From Myxococcota bacterium (lineage in GTDB: Bacteria; Myxococcota_A; UBA9160; UBA4427), in assembly GCA_965250285.1 (NCBI GenBank), contig OZ252299.1, positions 896,001 to 960,000 on the forward strand: a DNA stretch of 64,000 bases. The letters run 5' to 3'. Both the position numbers and the translations under genes were made by a program. Positions within the stretch are counted from its first letter, which is position 1. The number at the start of each line of letters is the position of its first letter. Shown here one piece after another: positions 48,966 through 59,125 of this stretch. Under the pieces are notes generated by a model. That model had not been told where the DNA came from. It did not search any database and saw only the letters and a program-made list of their open reading frames with translations.

Positions 48966-50036
48966 TCAGCCGCGGCCCCACTCGACCGCCTGCCCGTGGT
49001 AGCGGCTGCGGCCGAGCAGCAGGTCTTCGCCGCTGGGCCACAGCTGCAGGCGCAGCTGCGCCCAGTCGAGGTCGTGCCCTTCCATGCGCAGCCAGGCGAG
49101 CGGAAGGTCTTCGGTGGCCTCGGCGCCCACCGTCTCCATCAGTCGGGTCACGGCGTCGCGCTCGGCCTCGGGCAGATACCACCAGACCGTCGAATGGAAG
49201 ACGACGTGGGCGAGGCCCACGGCACGGTTCGGTAGCCGCGCTTCGAGCCAGTGCAGCGCCCGCGCCCGGTCGATCTGCGTACCGTGTCGGCGCGCGACGG
49301 CGATGGCCGTGCGCAGCCGTTCGAGGCGCTCGGGCTGGTCGCCCCACATGAAGCTCTCGAGCCGGGCCCGCGCGCGGTCGTCTTCGAGATCGATCGGCGC
49401 CACGTCGCAGCCCCCGCGCTCTGCGACTTCGAGCGTGGCATCGGTCGCCGGTGCATCGCCGTGCCACTCGGTCGAGAGGGTGAGCGGCGCATCGGATGGA
49501 CCGAAGCGGTGCGGACCCAGCTCGTAGCGATGCCGATCGAAGTGCTGATTCAGCCCGGCGCTGGCGCCGATCTCGTGCAGGGCCAGGGGCAGGCCGAATC
49601 GGTCGGCCACGGCGAGGAAGCCGCCGATGAGCGCCACGCAGCGGCGCGCTTCGTTCGTCTGCACCTGGTCGTCGAGTCGCGTGCGCACCGTGGCCCCGTG
49701 TGCTTCGAGCGTGTCGACCAGATCGCGTTCGAGCGTCGCCTCGTCGGGCGACCCGCCGGCCGTGGGGTAGTGGCGCGCGAGGCCCGGCGCCGATCCTTCG
49801 AGCACGAGGCCGTGCAGCGCGCCGAGCAGCCGCATCGACACCGCGAGCATGTGCGGGTGGCCCTCCCAGTCGGCGAAGATCGCCGCAGTGGGGCCGTCGG
49901 CTTCGAGATCGCGCAGCGCGCGGGTGAGAATGGCGGCGCCGAGCGGCGAGCCCTGCTCGGCGCACGATCGCGCCTGCGCATCCAGGTGGTGGGCGATCGC
50001 AGCCGCCCTGTCTCCGTCGATTCGGGTCTTTGTCAT
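48966..50036 (-). CDS. DUF2332 family protein
   Basis: QTNEARR, EIGASAGLN, RGGCDVAPID, VVFHSTVWWYL. Confidence 0.88.
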   Translation of the reverse strand: MTKTRIDGDRAAAIAHHLDAQARSCAEQGSPLGAAILTRALRDLEADGPTAAIFADWEGHPHMLAVSMRLLGALHGLVLEGSAPGLARHYPTAGGSPDEATLERDLVDTLEAHGATVRTRLDDQVQTNEARRCVALIGGFLAVADRFGLPLALHEIGASAGLNQHFDRHRYELGPHRFGPSDAPLTLSTEWHGDAPATDATLEVAERGGCDVAPIDLEDDRARARLESFMWGDQPERLERLRTAIAVARRHGTQIDRARALHWLEARLPNRAVGLAHVVFHSTVWWYLPEAERDAVTRLMETVGAEATEDLPLAWLRMEGHDLDWAQLRLQLWPSGEDLLLGRSRYHGQAVEWGRG

Positions 50037-50210
50037 GCCGGCACCCTACACGCGAGCCCGTGGGCGCCGATAGTGGACGGCTGCGAAATCGCATCCAGCT
50101 TCGATGTGGATCGCGATCAACGATGCATCGCGTCGCCATGCTGAGACGCGACACGGGGCGGCCGGAATCGGACGGTCTTCGAGCCGCGTGCGGCGCCGAT
50201 GTCGATCGAA

Positions 50211-52508
50211 TCAACGATGCAGGTCGTCGGGCCGAATCGGCGCCTCGGGCGCGGCGAAGGCGCGCCGCAGCACGAAGTATTCGTTGAAGGGGCGGTCATC
50301 GGTGATGACCGGGCCCTCTTCGTCTTCGAGCAGCATCGAGAGCGGCAGCTCCCGACTCAGGATCTGCGCGTCGATGAAGCGCGCCGGGTCGGCGCCGCGC
50401 GGCGCCCACTCCATCAGGTCGGCGATCGCACTCGCCGGCATGCGCTCGATGAACGCATCGGGCTCGGGGATCTCGATCGGTTCGTCGCTGCAGACGATGT
50501 GCAGGCCGAACCCGTGGTGCGACTGGAAGATGCGCACGTGCTCGAACGATGCGACCGCGCTGCGCAGCACGGCCCGGCGAATGTCGGGCTCGACGAGGAT
50601 GCCGTCGGGGAACCAGTGATGGACGATGCCGCCGGGCGCGAGCCTCCGCTTTGCGAGGGCGTGGAACTCGGTGGCGTAGAGCAGGCTCGAGCCGGCGGTT
50701 TCGACGGGGGGCGGTGGGTCGATCGTGATGACGTCGAAGCGCTCGTCGGTGCGGGCCAGAAATCGCCGCCCATCGTCGACGACGATCTCGCCGCGCGGGT
50801 GGGCCACGACGTCGGCGGCATCGTCGTGGTAGTAGGGAAAGGCCTCGACCACGCTCGGGACCAGCTCGACCGCCGTCGCGTCGATGTCCCATGAGAGCAG
50901 CGACCGGAACGTCGTCCCCATCCCGAAGGCGATCACGAGGGCGCGTTCGGGCGGGTGATCGAGCAGACCGAGTGGAAAGTGCGCCATCACCTTGGTGAGC
51001 GTCGTGAGTACGGTCATTCCGTAGCCGTTCACGAGCAAGTGACGCTGCTTGCCCTCGCCGTACGAGATGACGGTCGCCGTGTGATCCCGCAGCACGACGG
51101 CGTCGCGGATATGGCTGCCCTCTTCGAAGCTCCGGCCGCGCACGCCGGTCTGCACGAAGCCGACGATCGTCACGAGGGCGACCGCGACCGCGACCCCGCG
51201 CGACACGGCGCGCGTCGTGCGCATCGCGTGCAGCGCGAACAGCGCGAGGAAGGGCAGGGCGAGCACCCACATCGAGATGCGGGCGCCGAAGAGTGGGAGC
51301 AGCACGTAGGCGGCGACGAGGGGGCCGAGGATCGAGCCCGTGATGTTGATCGCGTACGCCCGCCCGGCGCGTTCGGGCTCGCCGTGCGAGCGGTGGTCGA
51401 CGAGCATCGGTGTGAGGTAGCCGAGCAGCGCGCAGAACGGGGCGATCGACGCCAGCGCGAGCGGCACCGTGGCGATCCAGATCGGCGGCGCCTCGACGAT
51501 GCGGCCCGCGATCGCCAGCAGACCGCGGGCACCGGTGGCGAGCAGCTCGGGGATCGCGACGACGATCGGCAGCATCAGCGTGATTGGCGCGAGCACCAGC
51601 AACGGACGTACGGGGCGCACCCGGCCGCGCGCGCGGTGTCGGCGATAGAGCGCCGAGCCTGCGAAGGTCGACAGCAGATACACGGCGAGCAGCCCCGAGA
51701 ACGCGTAGACGAGCGTGCCCAGCACCGGTGTGAAGGCGCGCATCCACACGATCTCGAGCGCCATCGAGACGAAGCCGGTGGTGAACAGCACGATCTCGGT
51801 CTCGCGCGGGCCGATGTCGGTGGGGAAGAGCGTCGACGGAGTGGCGGGCTCGGGGGTCGGCGCGGGGCGCGGCTGCCACGTGCCGCGGCGCGCGGTGACG
51901 ATGCACGCTGCGGCGACGGCGAAGTTCAGCGCCGCGGCGACATAGAGGCTCGCGCGAAAACCGAGCAGCTCGATCAGCACGAGCGGCGTCGCGATCGCAC
52001 CGATGAACGCGCCGATCACGTTGGCCAGGTAGAGGAAGCTGAAGCTGCCGCCCGGATCGGGCTCCTCACGTTCGATGAAGCTCATCATCGCCGGGAACGT
52101 GAGGCCCATCGCAATGCAGAACGGCAGGATCATCACGCTGATCAGCACCGACGAGATCAGCAGGTAGCCGCTCTCCTGCATGCCGCCGAGCGGCAGCAGC
52201 GCGGCGCGGGCCAGGCCGAAGAGCGGGGGCAGCACGAAGGCCGAAGAGCCGATCGCGGCCTCGACCCAGCCGTAGAGCTCGAGCGGCGAGCGTCCGATCC
52301 GATCGGCGAAGGCCTGGGTGTGGCGCCCCCCGAACCAGGTGCCGATGGCGAGGCCGAGCATGAAGACCGACACGACGACCGACGCGAAGGGCGTGATCAC
52401 GCCGAACGCGGCGAGCGCGGCGCGCACCCACACGATCTGATCGACGAGGCCCGCGAAGCCCGAGAGCAGAAAACAGGTGAAGAGGAGGCGTCGGATCCGG
52501 GGGCTCAA
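50211..52508 (-). CDS. Fused membrane domain / spermidine synthase-like protein
   Basis: Many TM segments followed by LVIAFGMGTT, VELVPSV, DDGRRFL, FDVITIDPPPP. Confidence 0.9.
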   Translation of the reverse strand: MSPRIRRLLFTCFLLSGFAGLVDQIVWVRAALAAFGVITPFASVVVSVFMLGLAIGTWFGGRHTQAFADRIGRSPLELYGWVEAAIGSSAFVLPPLFGLARAALLPLGGMQESGYLLISSVLISVMILPFCIAMGLTFPAMMSFIEREEPDPGGSFSFLYLANVIGAFIGAIATPLVLIELLGFRASLYVAAALNFAVAAACIVTARRGTWQPRPAPTPEPATPSTLFPTDIGPRETEIVLFTTGFVSMALEIVWMRAFTPVLGTLVYAFSGLLAVYLLSTFAGSALYRRHRARGRVRPVRPLLVLAPITLMLPIVVAIPELLATGARGLLAIAGRIVEAPPIWIATVPLALASIAPFCALLGYLTPMLVDHRSHGEPERAGRAYAINITGSILGPLVAAYVLLPLFGARISMWVLALPFLALFALHAMRTTRAVSRGVAVAVALVTIVGFVQTGVRGRSFEEGSHIRDAVVLRDHTATVISYGEGKQRHLLVNGYGMTVLTTLTKVMAHFPLGLLDHPPERALVIAFGMGTTFRSLLSWDIDATAVELVPSVVEAFPYYHDDAADVVAHPRGEIVVDDGRRFLARTDERFDVITIDPPPPVETAGSSLLYATEFHALAKRRLAPGGIVHHWFPDGILVEPDIRRAVLRSAVASFEHVRIFQSHHGFGLHIVCSDEPIEIPEPDAFIERMPASAIADLMEWAPRGADPARFIDAQILSRELPLSMLLEDEEGPVITDDRPFNEYFVLRRAFAAPEAPIRPDDLHR

Positions 52509-52721
52509 CGCGCGCGGCTTCCTTGCTCATCGAGAGGCCGTGTGGCCCGCGCGGGCGGATACGCGGGCGACGATCGGCTCCGGACCGAATGCGCGCATCG
52601 TATCAATCGGGGCCTGCCCGTGGCGAGCGAAAAACGGGGGCACGACGCTTAGGCTGCGCATGCGCTGCACAGGGCCCCCAGCGCCCGCGGCGGGCTCGGG
52701 CAGAGAGGGGTGATATCGGCG

Positions 52722-53933
52722 ATGGTCGGCGACGCTTCGGCATGGCACGCTCCCGGGGTGCTCGACGTCCTTCGCATCGCAGGCGCACTCGCGCCCCTGG
52801 CGGTCGGTCGCCTCCTCGACGACACGGTGGTGCGCCCCCTGGCGCGCGACGGTGTGCCCGCGACCGTCGACGATCTCACGCCCAAGCTCGTGACGGCGTT
52901 GTTGAGAGACGCCGGTCACGACGTGCAGGTGCGCCGCATCGAGATGCTCGACCGGCATGCGGGCACGACGAGTCGGGCGCGCTTGCAGCTGCAAGACGTC
53001 GACGGTCCGGGCGCGGCCTCGCTGCCCGAGACGCTCTTCGCGAAGCTCGCACCGACCGATTGGCCGACGCGCCTGTTCGTGAACCTGATGGATCTTGCGC
53101 CGAACGAGGTGCGCTTCTATTCGCAGCTGCGCGACACCGTGGCGCCGCACCTCGATGTGCCGGCGTATCACGGGGGGCGCATGGCCGGGCCCGGCGGACG
53201 TTTCGTGCTGCTGCTCGAAGATCTCGCGACCGATGCCGGCGTCGAGTTTCGCGAGAGCAAACCGCTCTCACCCGCCGAGGCGAAGCCTGTCGTCGAGGCG
53301 CTCGCGGGCATGCAAGCCGCGCTCTGGAGGAGCACACGCTTCAGCGGAGATCTCGGCTGGTTGAAGCAGCCGGGCCACGCGCCGCGGCGCGCGGTCGAGA
53401 AGAGCGTGTCGGCGCTCTCGACCCGGCCTTGTCTCGATCGATTCGGCGACATGATGCCCGACGACATGAAACGCGCCGTGCACCTGGTCGCCGACGAACG
53501 CGATCGACTCGAGGCCATCTGGGGCCGCGATGCGTGGGCGTTCTCGCACGGTGATCCCCATCCCGGCAACTTCTACTTTCGGGCCGGTCGCCCGGGTTTC
53601 TTCGATTGGCAGGTCTGCCAGGTCGCGCAGGGCACGCGCGATCTCACGTACTTCCTCGTCACGTCGGTCGACCGCGACCGCCTGCCCGAAGCCGAGCGCG
53701 ACCTCGTGGGTGCCTACCGCGATGCCCTGGTGCGCGCCGGCGTCGATGCGCGGCCGCTCGACGATCTGCTCGAAGAGGTGCGCCTGCACGTGCTCTACGT
53801 GCTCATTGCGGTCGTCGTGACCGCGGCCTCGTCGACGATGCAGGGCGACTCGATCGTGCGCGCGGCCATGGAGAACGTGAAGGCGGCGCTGTTGCGGCAC
53901 GATTCGCTGTCGGCGTGGGAGCGCGCCCGCTGA
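52722..53933 (+). CDS. APH / ecdysteroid-kinase-like phosphotransferase
   Basis: LFAK, EVRFY, LLLEDL, HGDPHPGN, DWQ. Confidence 0.88.
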   Translation: MVGDASAWHAPGVLDVLRIAGALAPLAVGRLLDDTVVRPLARDGVPATVDDLTPKLVTALLRDAGHDVQVRRIEMLDRHAGTTSRARLQLQDVDGPGAASLPETLFAKLAPTDWPTRLFVNLMDLAPNEVRFYSQLRDTVAPHLDVPAYHGGRMAGPGGRFVLLLEDLATDAGVEFRESKPLSPAEAKPVVEALAGMQAALWRSTRFSGDLGWLKQPGHAPRRAVEKSVSALSTRPCLDRFGDMMPDDMKRAVHLVADERDRLEAIWGRDAWAFSHGDPHPGNFYFRAGRPGFFDWQVCQVAQGTRDLTYFLVTSVDRDRLPEAERDLVGAYRDALVRAGVDARPLDDLLEEVRLHVLYVLIAVVVTAASSTMQGDSIVRAAMENVKAALLRHDSLSAWERAR

Positions 53934-53996
53934 GCGCCCCGTCTCGCCGGGCTGCTACGCTCGACGCGACGCCTCGTCCCCCATTTCGGAGCACCC

Positions 53997-54650
53997 ATGT
54001 CCCGCTCGTTCGACGCCGTTCTCCTCGACTTCGGCGGCGTGTTCACCGCCTCGCCGTTCGGTGCCATCGAGCGCGCCGAGGCCGATCACGGTGCGTCGCC
54101 CGGTCAACTGCGCGAGATCATTTTCGGTGCCTACGACCGCGATTCCGACCATCCGTGGCATCGACTCGAGCGGGGTGAGGCGACGCTCGGCGATGCGCGC
54201 ACCGAGATCATCGAGCTGGGTCGCCAAGCGGGGTTCGACATCGATCCGATTCGCCTGCTCGTCGAGGGGATGGGCGCACACGAGCCTCGTGAGGATCTGA
54301 TCGACCTCGTGATTCGCATCCGCAAGAGCGGCGTGCGCACGGCACTGGTCACCAACAACGTGCGTGAGTTCGGCGACGGCTGGCGCAAGATGGTGCCGGT
54401 CGACGCCCTGTTCGACGAAGTGATCGACAGCTCGGCCGAGGGCTGCCGCAAGCCCGATCCGAAGATCTTCGAGCTGGCGCTCGACCGTGTCGGCGGCGTA
54501 GAAGCCGCCCGGTCGGTGTTTCTGGACGACTTCCATGGAAATATCGACGCGGCCCGTGCGCTCGGCATCGAATCCATACTGGTCGAGGTTGATCACCGTC
54601 CGGCGGTGCGAACCCTCGAGCGACTGATCATCGACTCCGGCGGTGCCTGA
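53997..54650 (+). CDS. HAD family phosphatase
   Basis: LLDFGGV, TNN, RKPDPKIF, FLDD. Confidence 0.92.
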   Translation: MSRSFDAVLLDFGGVFTASPFGAIERAEADHGASPGQLREIIFGAYDRDSDHPWHRLERGEATLGDARTEIIELGRQAGFDIDPIRLLVEGMGAHEPREDLIDLVIRIRKSGVRTALVTNNVREFGDGWRKMVPVDALFDEVIDSSAEGCRKPDPKIFELALDRVGGVEAARSVFLDDFHGNIDAARALGIESILVEVDHRPAVRTLERLIIDSGGA

Positions 54651-54714
54651 GCGCTGGGCAGCCCGTGGCGCTTGCTCCATGCTCTGAATGCCCCCACCGG
54701 GAGGAGGTCCCATC

Positions 54715-55317
54715 ATGAACCGAAACTCGATTCGATCCACGGCCCTGCGCATGCTCACCGGTGCGTCGGCCGTGGGGCTCGCGCTCGTCATGTCGGGCTG
54801 CGCGTCGATCAAGGTCAACACCGACTGGAATCCCGAGTACGATTTTGCGCGGCTCCAGACCTGGCGCTGGGCCGACGATTCGCAGCGCGAAACGGGCAAC
54901 ACGGCGATCGACACCGATGACTTGCTGGCCCGCCGCGTTCGCACCGCGGTCACGCAGGTGCTGACGGGCAAGGGCTACACCGAGACGACCACCAGCCAGG
55001 GTGACTTCGAGGTGGCCTGGTTCTTGACGGTCGAGCCCAAGACCAAGGTCACGACCGTGAACGACTATCACGGTTACGGCGGGCCGTATCGCGGTTGGTA
55101 CGGCGCCGGCTACGGCGGCTCGACCACCGTCGTCGACTCGTACAACCAGGGCACCCTGATCATCGACATCAAGGACGGCAAGACCGGTGAGCTCGTCTGG
55201 CGTGGTTCTGCGACGGCGCGGCTGCGCGAGAAGGCCGATCCCGAGAAGGCGCAGCAGCGCGCCTTCGACGCGGTGGCCGAGATTCTCGCGAAGTTCCCGC
55301 CGCCGTCGAAGGGCTAG
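54715..55317 (+). CDS. DUF4136 lipoprotein
   Basis: Lipobox MSGC; GTLIIDIKD..LVWRG; ILAKFPP. Confidence 0.88.
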   Translation: MNRNSIRSTALRMLTGASAVGLALVMSGCASIKVNTDWNPEYDFARLQTWRWADDSQRETGNTAIDTDDLLARRVRTAVTQVLTGKGYTETTTSQGDFEVAWFLTVEPKTKVTTVNDYHGYGGPYRGWYGAGYGGSTTVVDSYNQGTLIIDIKDGKTGELVWRGSATARLREKADPEKAQQRAFDAVAEILAKFPPPSKG

Positions 55318-55331
55318 GGGCGGGGCACCCG

Positions 55332-55991
55332 ATGGGCGACGAGAGCGATCGGATCAAGCAGGACGTCATCGATACGGCCCGCGCGCTGCTGCACGAGGGG
55401 CTCGTCGAGGGCACCGCCGGCAACCTCTCGGCCCGCCTGCCGAACGGGCACGTCGTGATGACGCCTTCCTCCCTCGACTACGAGGTGATGGAGGTGCCCG
55501 ATCTCATCGTGCTCGACCTCGACGCCAACGTGATCGAGGGCGATCGACCCCCGACGAGCGAGAAGGCGCTGCACCTCGAGTGCTTGAAACGCCACCCGGA
55601 CATCGGCGCGGTGATTCACAGCCATGCGATGTTCTCGACGATGTTCGCGATCACGCATCAACCGATCCCGTGCGTCATCGAGGAGTTCGATGTCTACGTC
55701 GGCGGCGATGTGCCGGTGACCGACTACGAGATGACGGGCTCGGACGAGCTCGGGCTCGAGGTGGCGAAGTGGGTGGGCGATCGCGGCGCCGTCCTCATGG
55801 CCAATCATGGCCTGCTGACCGTCGGCAAGGACATCCGCAACGCGCACAAGGTCGCGGCGCTCGTCGAGCGCACCGCCCAGATCATCTGGGGGGCGCGCCA
55901 ACTCGGTGAGCTCGTGCCGCTGCCCGACGAGACGCGCCGACGCTTCGCGCCGGTCTACAAGCTGATGGGTCGCAACAAAGTCGACGACTGA
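55332..55991 (+). CDS. Class II aldolase/adducin family protein (FucA-like)
   Basis: GTAGNLS, TPSS, PTSE, HSH, LMANHG. Confidence 0.92.
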   Translation: MGDESDRIKQDVIDTARALLHEGLVEGTAGNLSARLPNGHVVMTPSSLDYEVMEVPDLIVLDLDANVIEGDRPPTSEKALHLECLKRHPDIGAVIHSHAMFSTMFAITHQPIPCVIEEFDVYVGGDVPVTDYEMTGSDELGLEVAKWVGDRGAVLMANHGLLTVGKDIRNAHKVAALVERTAQIIWGARQLGELVPLPDETRRRFAPVYKLMGRNKVDD

Positions 55992-56003
55992 ACGCGGCGC
56001 CCG

Positions 56004-56774
56004 TCAGCGCTCGTCGAGCGGGGCCTCGGGCTGCACTTCGATCGTGTCGAGCACGACGCCCGGCGGCGTGGTCACCGCGAGCTTGACCGCGCGAGCCACG
56101 GCCTCCGCCGGCATGAAGGCCGCATGGCGCTGCAGGCCGTAGCGCGGCCAGTACGACATCAGATCGGTGATCTTCTCTGCACCCCACGTCGCGGCGTACT
56201 CGCTCGCGGCGGGGCCCGGCCGCACGATGGTCGACCGCACGCCGGTGCCTTCGAGCTCCATCGAGAGGGCGCGGGCGTAGCCTTCGAGGCCCTTCTTCGT
56301 CGCGGTGTATGTGCTCTGCTGGGGCCGCGCGTGGACGGCGGCGTCGGACGTGACGAACACGAGGTCGCCCCGGCGCTTCTCGATCATGCCGGGGATCGCG
56401 CGGCGCGCGACGTACATCGGCCCGAGCAGATTGACGGCCACCTCATAGGCCATGTCTTCGGTGGCGAGCTGCCAGGCGTGGCCCGGATATGAGAGGCCTG
56501 CGTTGTTCACGACGACGTCGACGGGGCCGAAGGTCGACTCGATCTCATCGAAGAAGACGTCGACCGAGGTGGCATCGGCGACGTCGAGCGCCGCGAGCGC
56601 GGCCGTGCCGCCGACCTCTTCGACCCGCTTTGCCGTATCGGCCAGCCGCTCGACCCGCCGCGCGCCGATCGCGACCTTCCAGCCGAGCTCACCGAGCGCG
56701 ACGGCCATGGCGACGCCCAGCCCCGAGCTGGCGCCGGTGACGACAGCGACGCGCGGTTCGGGGGCGTCGCTCAT
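56004..56774 (-). CDS. Short-chain dehydrogenase/reductase
   Basis: TGASSGLG, NNAG, YTATK. Confidence 0.9.
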   Translation of the reverse strand: MSDAPEPRVAVVTGASSGLGVAMAVALGELGWKVAIGARRVERLADTAKRVEEVGGTAALAALDVADATSVDVFFDEIESTFGPVDVVVNNAGLSYPGHAWQLATEDMAYEVAVNLLGPMYVARRAIPGMIEKRRGDLVFVTSDAAVHARPQQSTYTATKKGLEGYARALSMELEGTGVRSTIVRPGPAASEYAATWGAEKITDLMSYWPRYGLQRHAAFMPAEAVARAVKLAVTTPPGVVLDTIEVQPEAPLDER

Positions 56775-56799
56775 CCGCGCGTGCTCGCGGCCGCCGGGG

Positions 56800-58290
56800 T
56801 CACGCGGCCTCTCCGAAGAGCGCGACCATCTCGCTGCGGTCGGGGCCGAGCTTCTTCCGCTCGCGCTGATCGCGGGCGTTCCAGACTGCGAGCACGCGCG
56901 CAAAGAGGTCGGGGTTCTTCATTAGATCGGTCGGCGCCGTCAGCAGATTGAAGACGCGCATGAAGGCCCGCAGCACGACGATGTCTTCGTCGAGTGCGGG
57001 CACGAGCCCGTCGCGCATCACGCTGCGCATGTAGGCCTTCGGGTCGATGGTGCCGTCTTCGCGCTGGAACGCGAAGGGGTCGGTCCCGGTGTCTTCGGCC
57101 TCAGCGAGCTCGGCCGTGGCGCGATCCTGATCGCGCAGCGCGCGCCAGGCCGGCACGATCTCGTGGGTGATCGCCTCGTCGAGCGTGCGCGCGAAGGCGA
57201 GGGCGTCGCCTTCGGCCTCGTTCCAGGCGTCGGCGAGCAGGTACGCCGAGACCCAGCCGATCGTGCAGCCTCGGCCGGCGAGCGGGTTGGCGTGCAGCAT
57301 CGCGTCGCCGATCGGAAAGAGTCCGAGGGCACGGGGCTCACCCTCTTCGACGAAGTGGCGACGGGTGTTCTTGAGGTTCGCGTACACGTACACGTCGCTG
57401 ACCGGCTCGGACACGTCGGCGTCGAGCCACGCAGCGGCGCTCGGCAGGTTCGACGCGACGGTGTGGAAGACGTCGGCGTCGCGCACCCGCCGCATGTCGT
57501 CGTCCTTGGGCGATGCGGCGAGCGTCACCGAGAAGATGTCGCTGTCGCCCTGGAAGACGGCGTACTTCATGTAGCCGAGGTCGCCGGCGATCGGGCCGCC
57601 CTGGGGCGGCCGCTCGGCCCCCTCTTTGATGCGATAGAAGCGCGAGCAGTAGAAGATGCCGCAGGGCTCGGTCTCTTCGTTCATCGGCGGCGCATCGATG
57701 TCGGCGAGCCAGTGCTTGAGGCGGCTGTTGCGACCGGTTGCGTCGATGACGAGGTCGGCCTCGATCAGCTCGCCGCCCGCATCGTCGTCGAGTCGGACGC
57801 CCGTGACGCGCAGGCGGCCGTCGTCGTTGCGATGGGCCTCGAGGCCACTCACCTTGACGCCGGTGCGGTGATCGAGGCCGTCGAGGTCGGCGACGTAGCG
57901 GCGCAGCACCCAGTCGAACGTCAGCCGTCGACACGCGAGCAGCGTGATCTCATCGTCTTCGGGCAACAGGGCGTCCTCACCGAACCGCTCACGCGCGATG
58001 TCGGTGAAGCGCATCGCCTCGGCCCCGTGCTCCATCAACGAGGCATAGAGATCGGGGACGCGCTCGGCGATCAGGTTGTGCAGTCGGGCCAGGAACGCGT
58101 GCGAGTGCCGCACCTGAGGCGCGCCGCGTCGATCCCACTGTTCGAAGGCCTCGAGGGGGGTGGCGCACTCGGGGAGGGTCTCGGCTTCGAGTACGGTGAC
58201 GCGCCGGCCGGGGCGCTGCAGGGCAACCGCCGCGGCGAGGCCGGTCATGCCGCCGCCGACGATCAAGACGTGGTCATGTGCGGGGTCCAG
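56800..58290 (-). CDS. FAD-dependent oxidoreductase / monooxygenase-like protein
   Basis: IVGGGMTGL, PQVRHSH, DATGR, IGDA..NPLAGRG; probable CTG start after GAGGAG. Confidence 0.85.
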   Translation of the reverse strand: MDPAHDHVLIVGGGMTGLAAAVALQRPGRRVTVLEAETLPECATPLEAFEQWDRRGAPQVRHSHAFLARLHNLIAERVPDLYASLMEHGAEAMRFTDIARERFGEDALLPEDDEITLLACRRLTFDWVLRRYVADLDGLDHRTGVKVSGLEAHRNDDGRLRVTGVRLDDDAGGELIEADLVIDATGRNSRLKHWLADIDAPPMNEETEPCGIFYCSRFYRIKEGAERPPQGGPIAGDLGYMKYAVFQGDSDIFSVTLAASPKDDDMRRVRDADVFHTVASNLPSAAAWLDADVSEPVSDVYVYANLKNTRRHFVEEGEPRALGLFPIGDAMLHANPLAGRGCTIGWVSAYLLADAWNEAEGDALAFARTLDEAITHEIVPAWRALRDQDRATAELAEAEDTGTDPFAFQREDGTIDPKAYMRSVMRDGLVPALDEDIVVLRAFMRVFNLLTAPTDLMKNPDLFARVLAVWNARDQRERKKLGPDRSEMVALFGEAA

Positions 58291-58393
58291 CGGGTCGCTC
58301 CTCGGTTCGTTTCGGCTGGGGCGCGGCGACCAGCAGGGTACCGCGCGGCGCGCTCGGCGAGCAAGCTGGACAAGGGGCGATACGATTCGCGAC

Positions 58394-59125
58394 ATGCCGG
58401 TGCGTGAAGGACATGTGCGTCTCGATGCGTTTCTCGCGCGGGCGGGTCTCGGGACGCGGCGCGCCGTGAAAGCACTGATTCGTTCCGGTCGTGTCCAGAT
58501 CGGCGGCGCGCCGTGTCGCAAGCCCGGCGAGTGGGTCGACGGGCGCGTCGTCCAGATCGACGACGAGGTGATCGAGCCACCGCCTTCGCTGCTGCATCTC
58601 GCCATGCACAAGCCGCTCGGCTTCGCGTGCAGCCGAGACGAGCGCGAGGCGCCGCTGCTCTTCGACCTCGTGCCCGAGCCGTGGCAGGGGCTCGACCTGA
58701 AGCTCGCGGGTCGCCTCGACCGCGAGACGTCGGGGCTCATCGTGCTCAGCACCGAAGGCGAGTGGATCCACCGGCTGACGCATCCCTCGAAGAAGGTCGC
58801 GAAGCGCTACCGCATCGAGCACGAGGGCGCGCTCGTGGCCGATGCCGTCGCGCGCTGCGAAGCCGGCATCTTGCTCGAAGGCGAGGATGCGCCGACGAAG
58901 CCGGCTCGGCTCGTCGTCGAAGCACCGGGGCGAGCCACCTTGATGCTGCGCGAAGGACGACGACATCAGGTGCGCCGCATGATCGCCGCGCTCGGCGGCC
59001 ACGTCGTCGACCTGCATCGCGACCGGATCGGCGACTACGACCTGCCGGAAGATCTCGAGCCGGGTGCGTGTCGCGCGCTCGATGACGATGATCTGGCGCG
59101 TTTGACGACCGACAGCAGCTTGTAG
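58394..59125 (+). CDS. rsuA: rRNA pseudouridine synthase, RsuA family
   Basis: S4 domain RLDAFL, HKPLG, GRLDRETSGL, EGRRHQVRRM. Confidence 0.88.
   Translation: MPVREGHVRLDAFLARAGLGTRRAVKALIRSGRVQIGGAPCRKPGEWVDGRVVQIDDEVIEPPPSLLHLAMHKPLGFACSRDEREAPLLFDLVPEPWQGLDLKLAGRLDRETSGLIVLSTEGEWIHRLTHPSKKVAKRYRIEHEGALVADAVARCEAGILLEGEDAPTKPARLVVEAPGRATLMLREGRRHQVRRMIAALGGHVVDLHRDRIGDYDLPEDLEPGACRALDDDDLARLTTDSSL

Noticed and set aside
59035..59125. 91-bp convergent overlap of rsuA and the methyltransferase as a functional feature
   Set aside because: The methyltransferase tail is low-complexity run-on typical of high-GC genomes.
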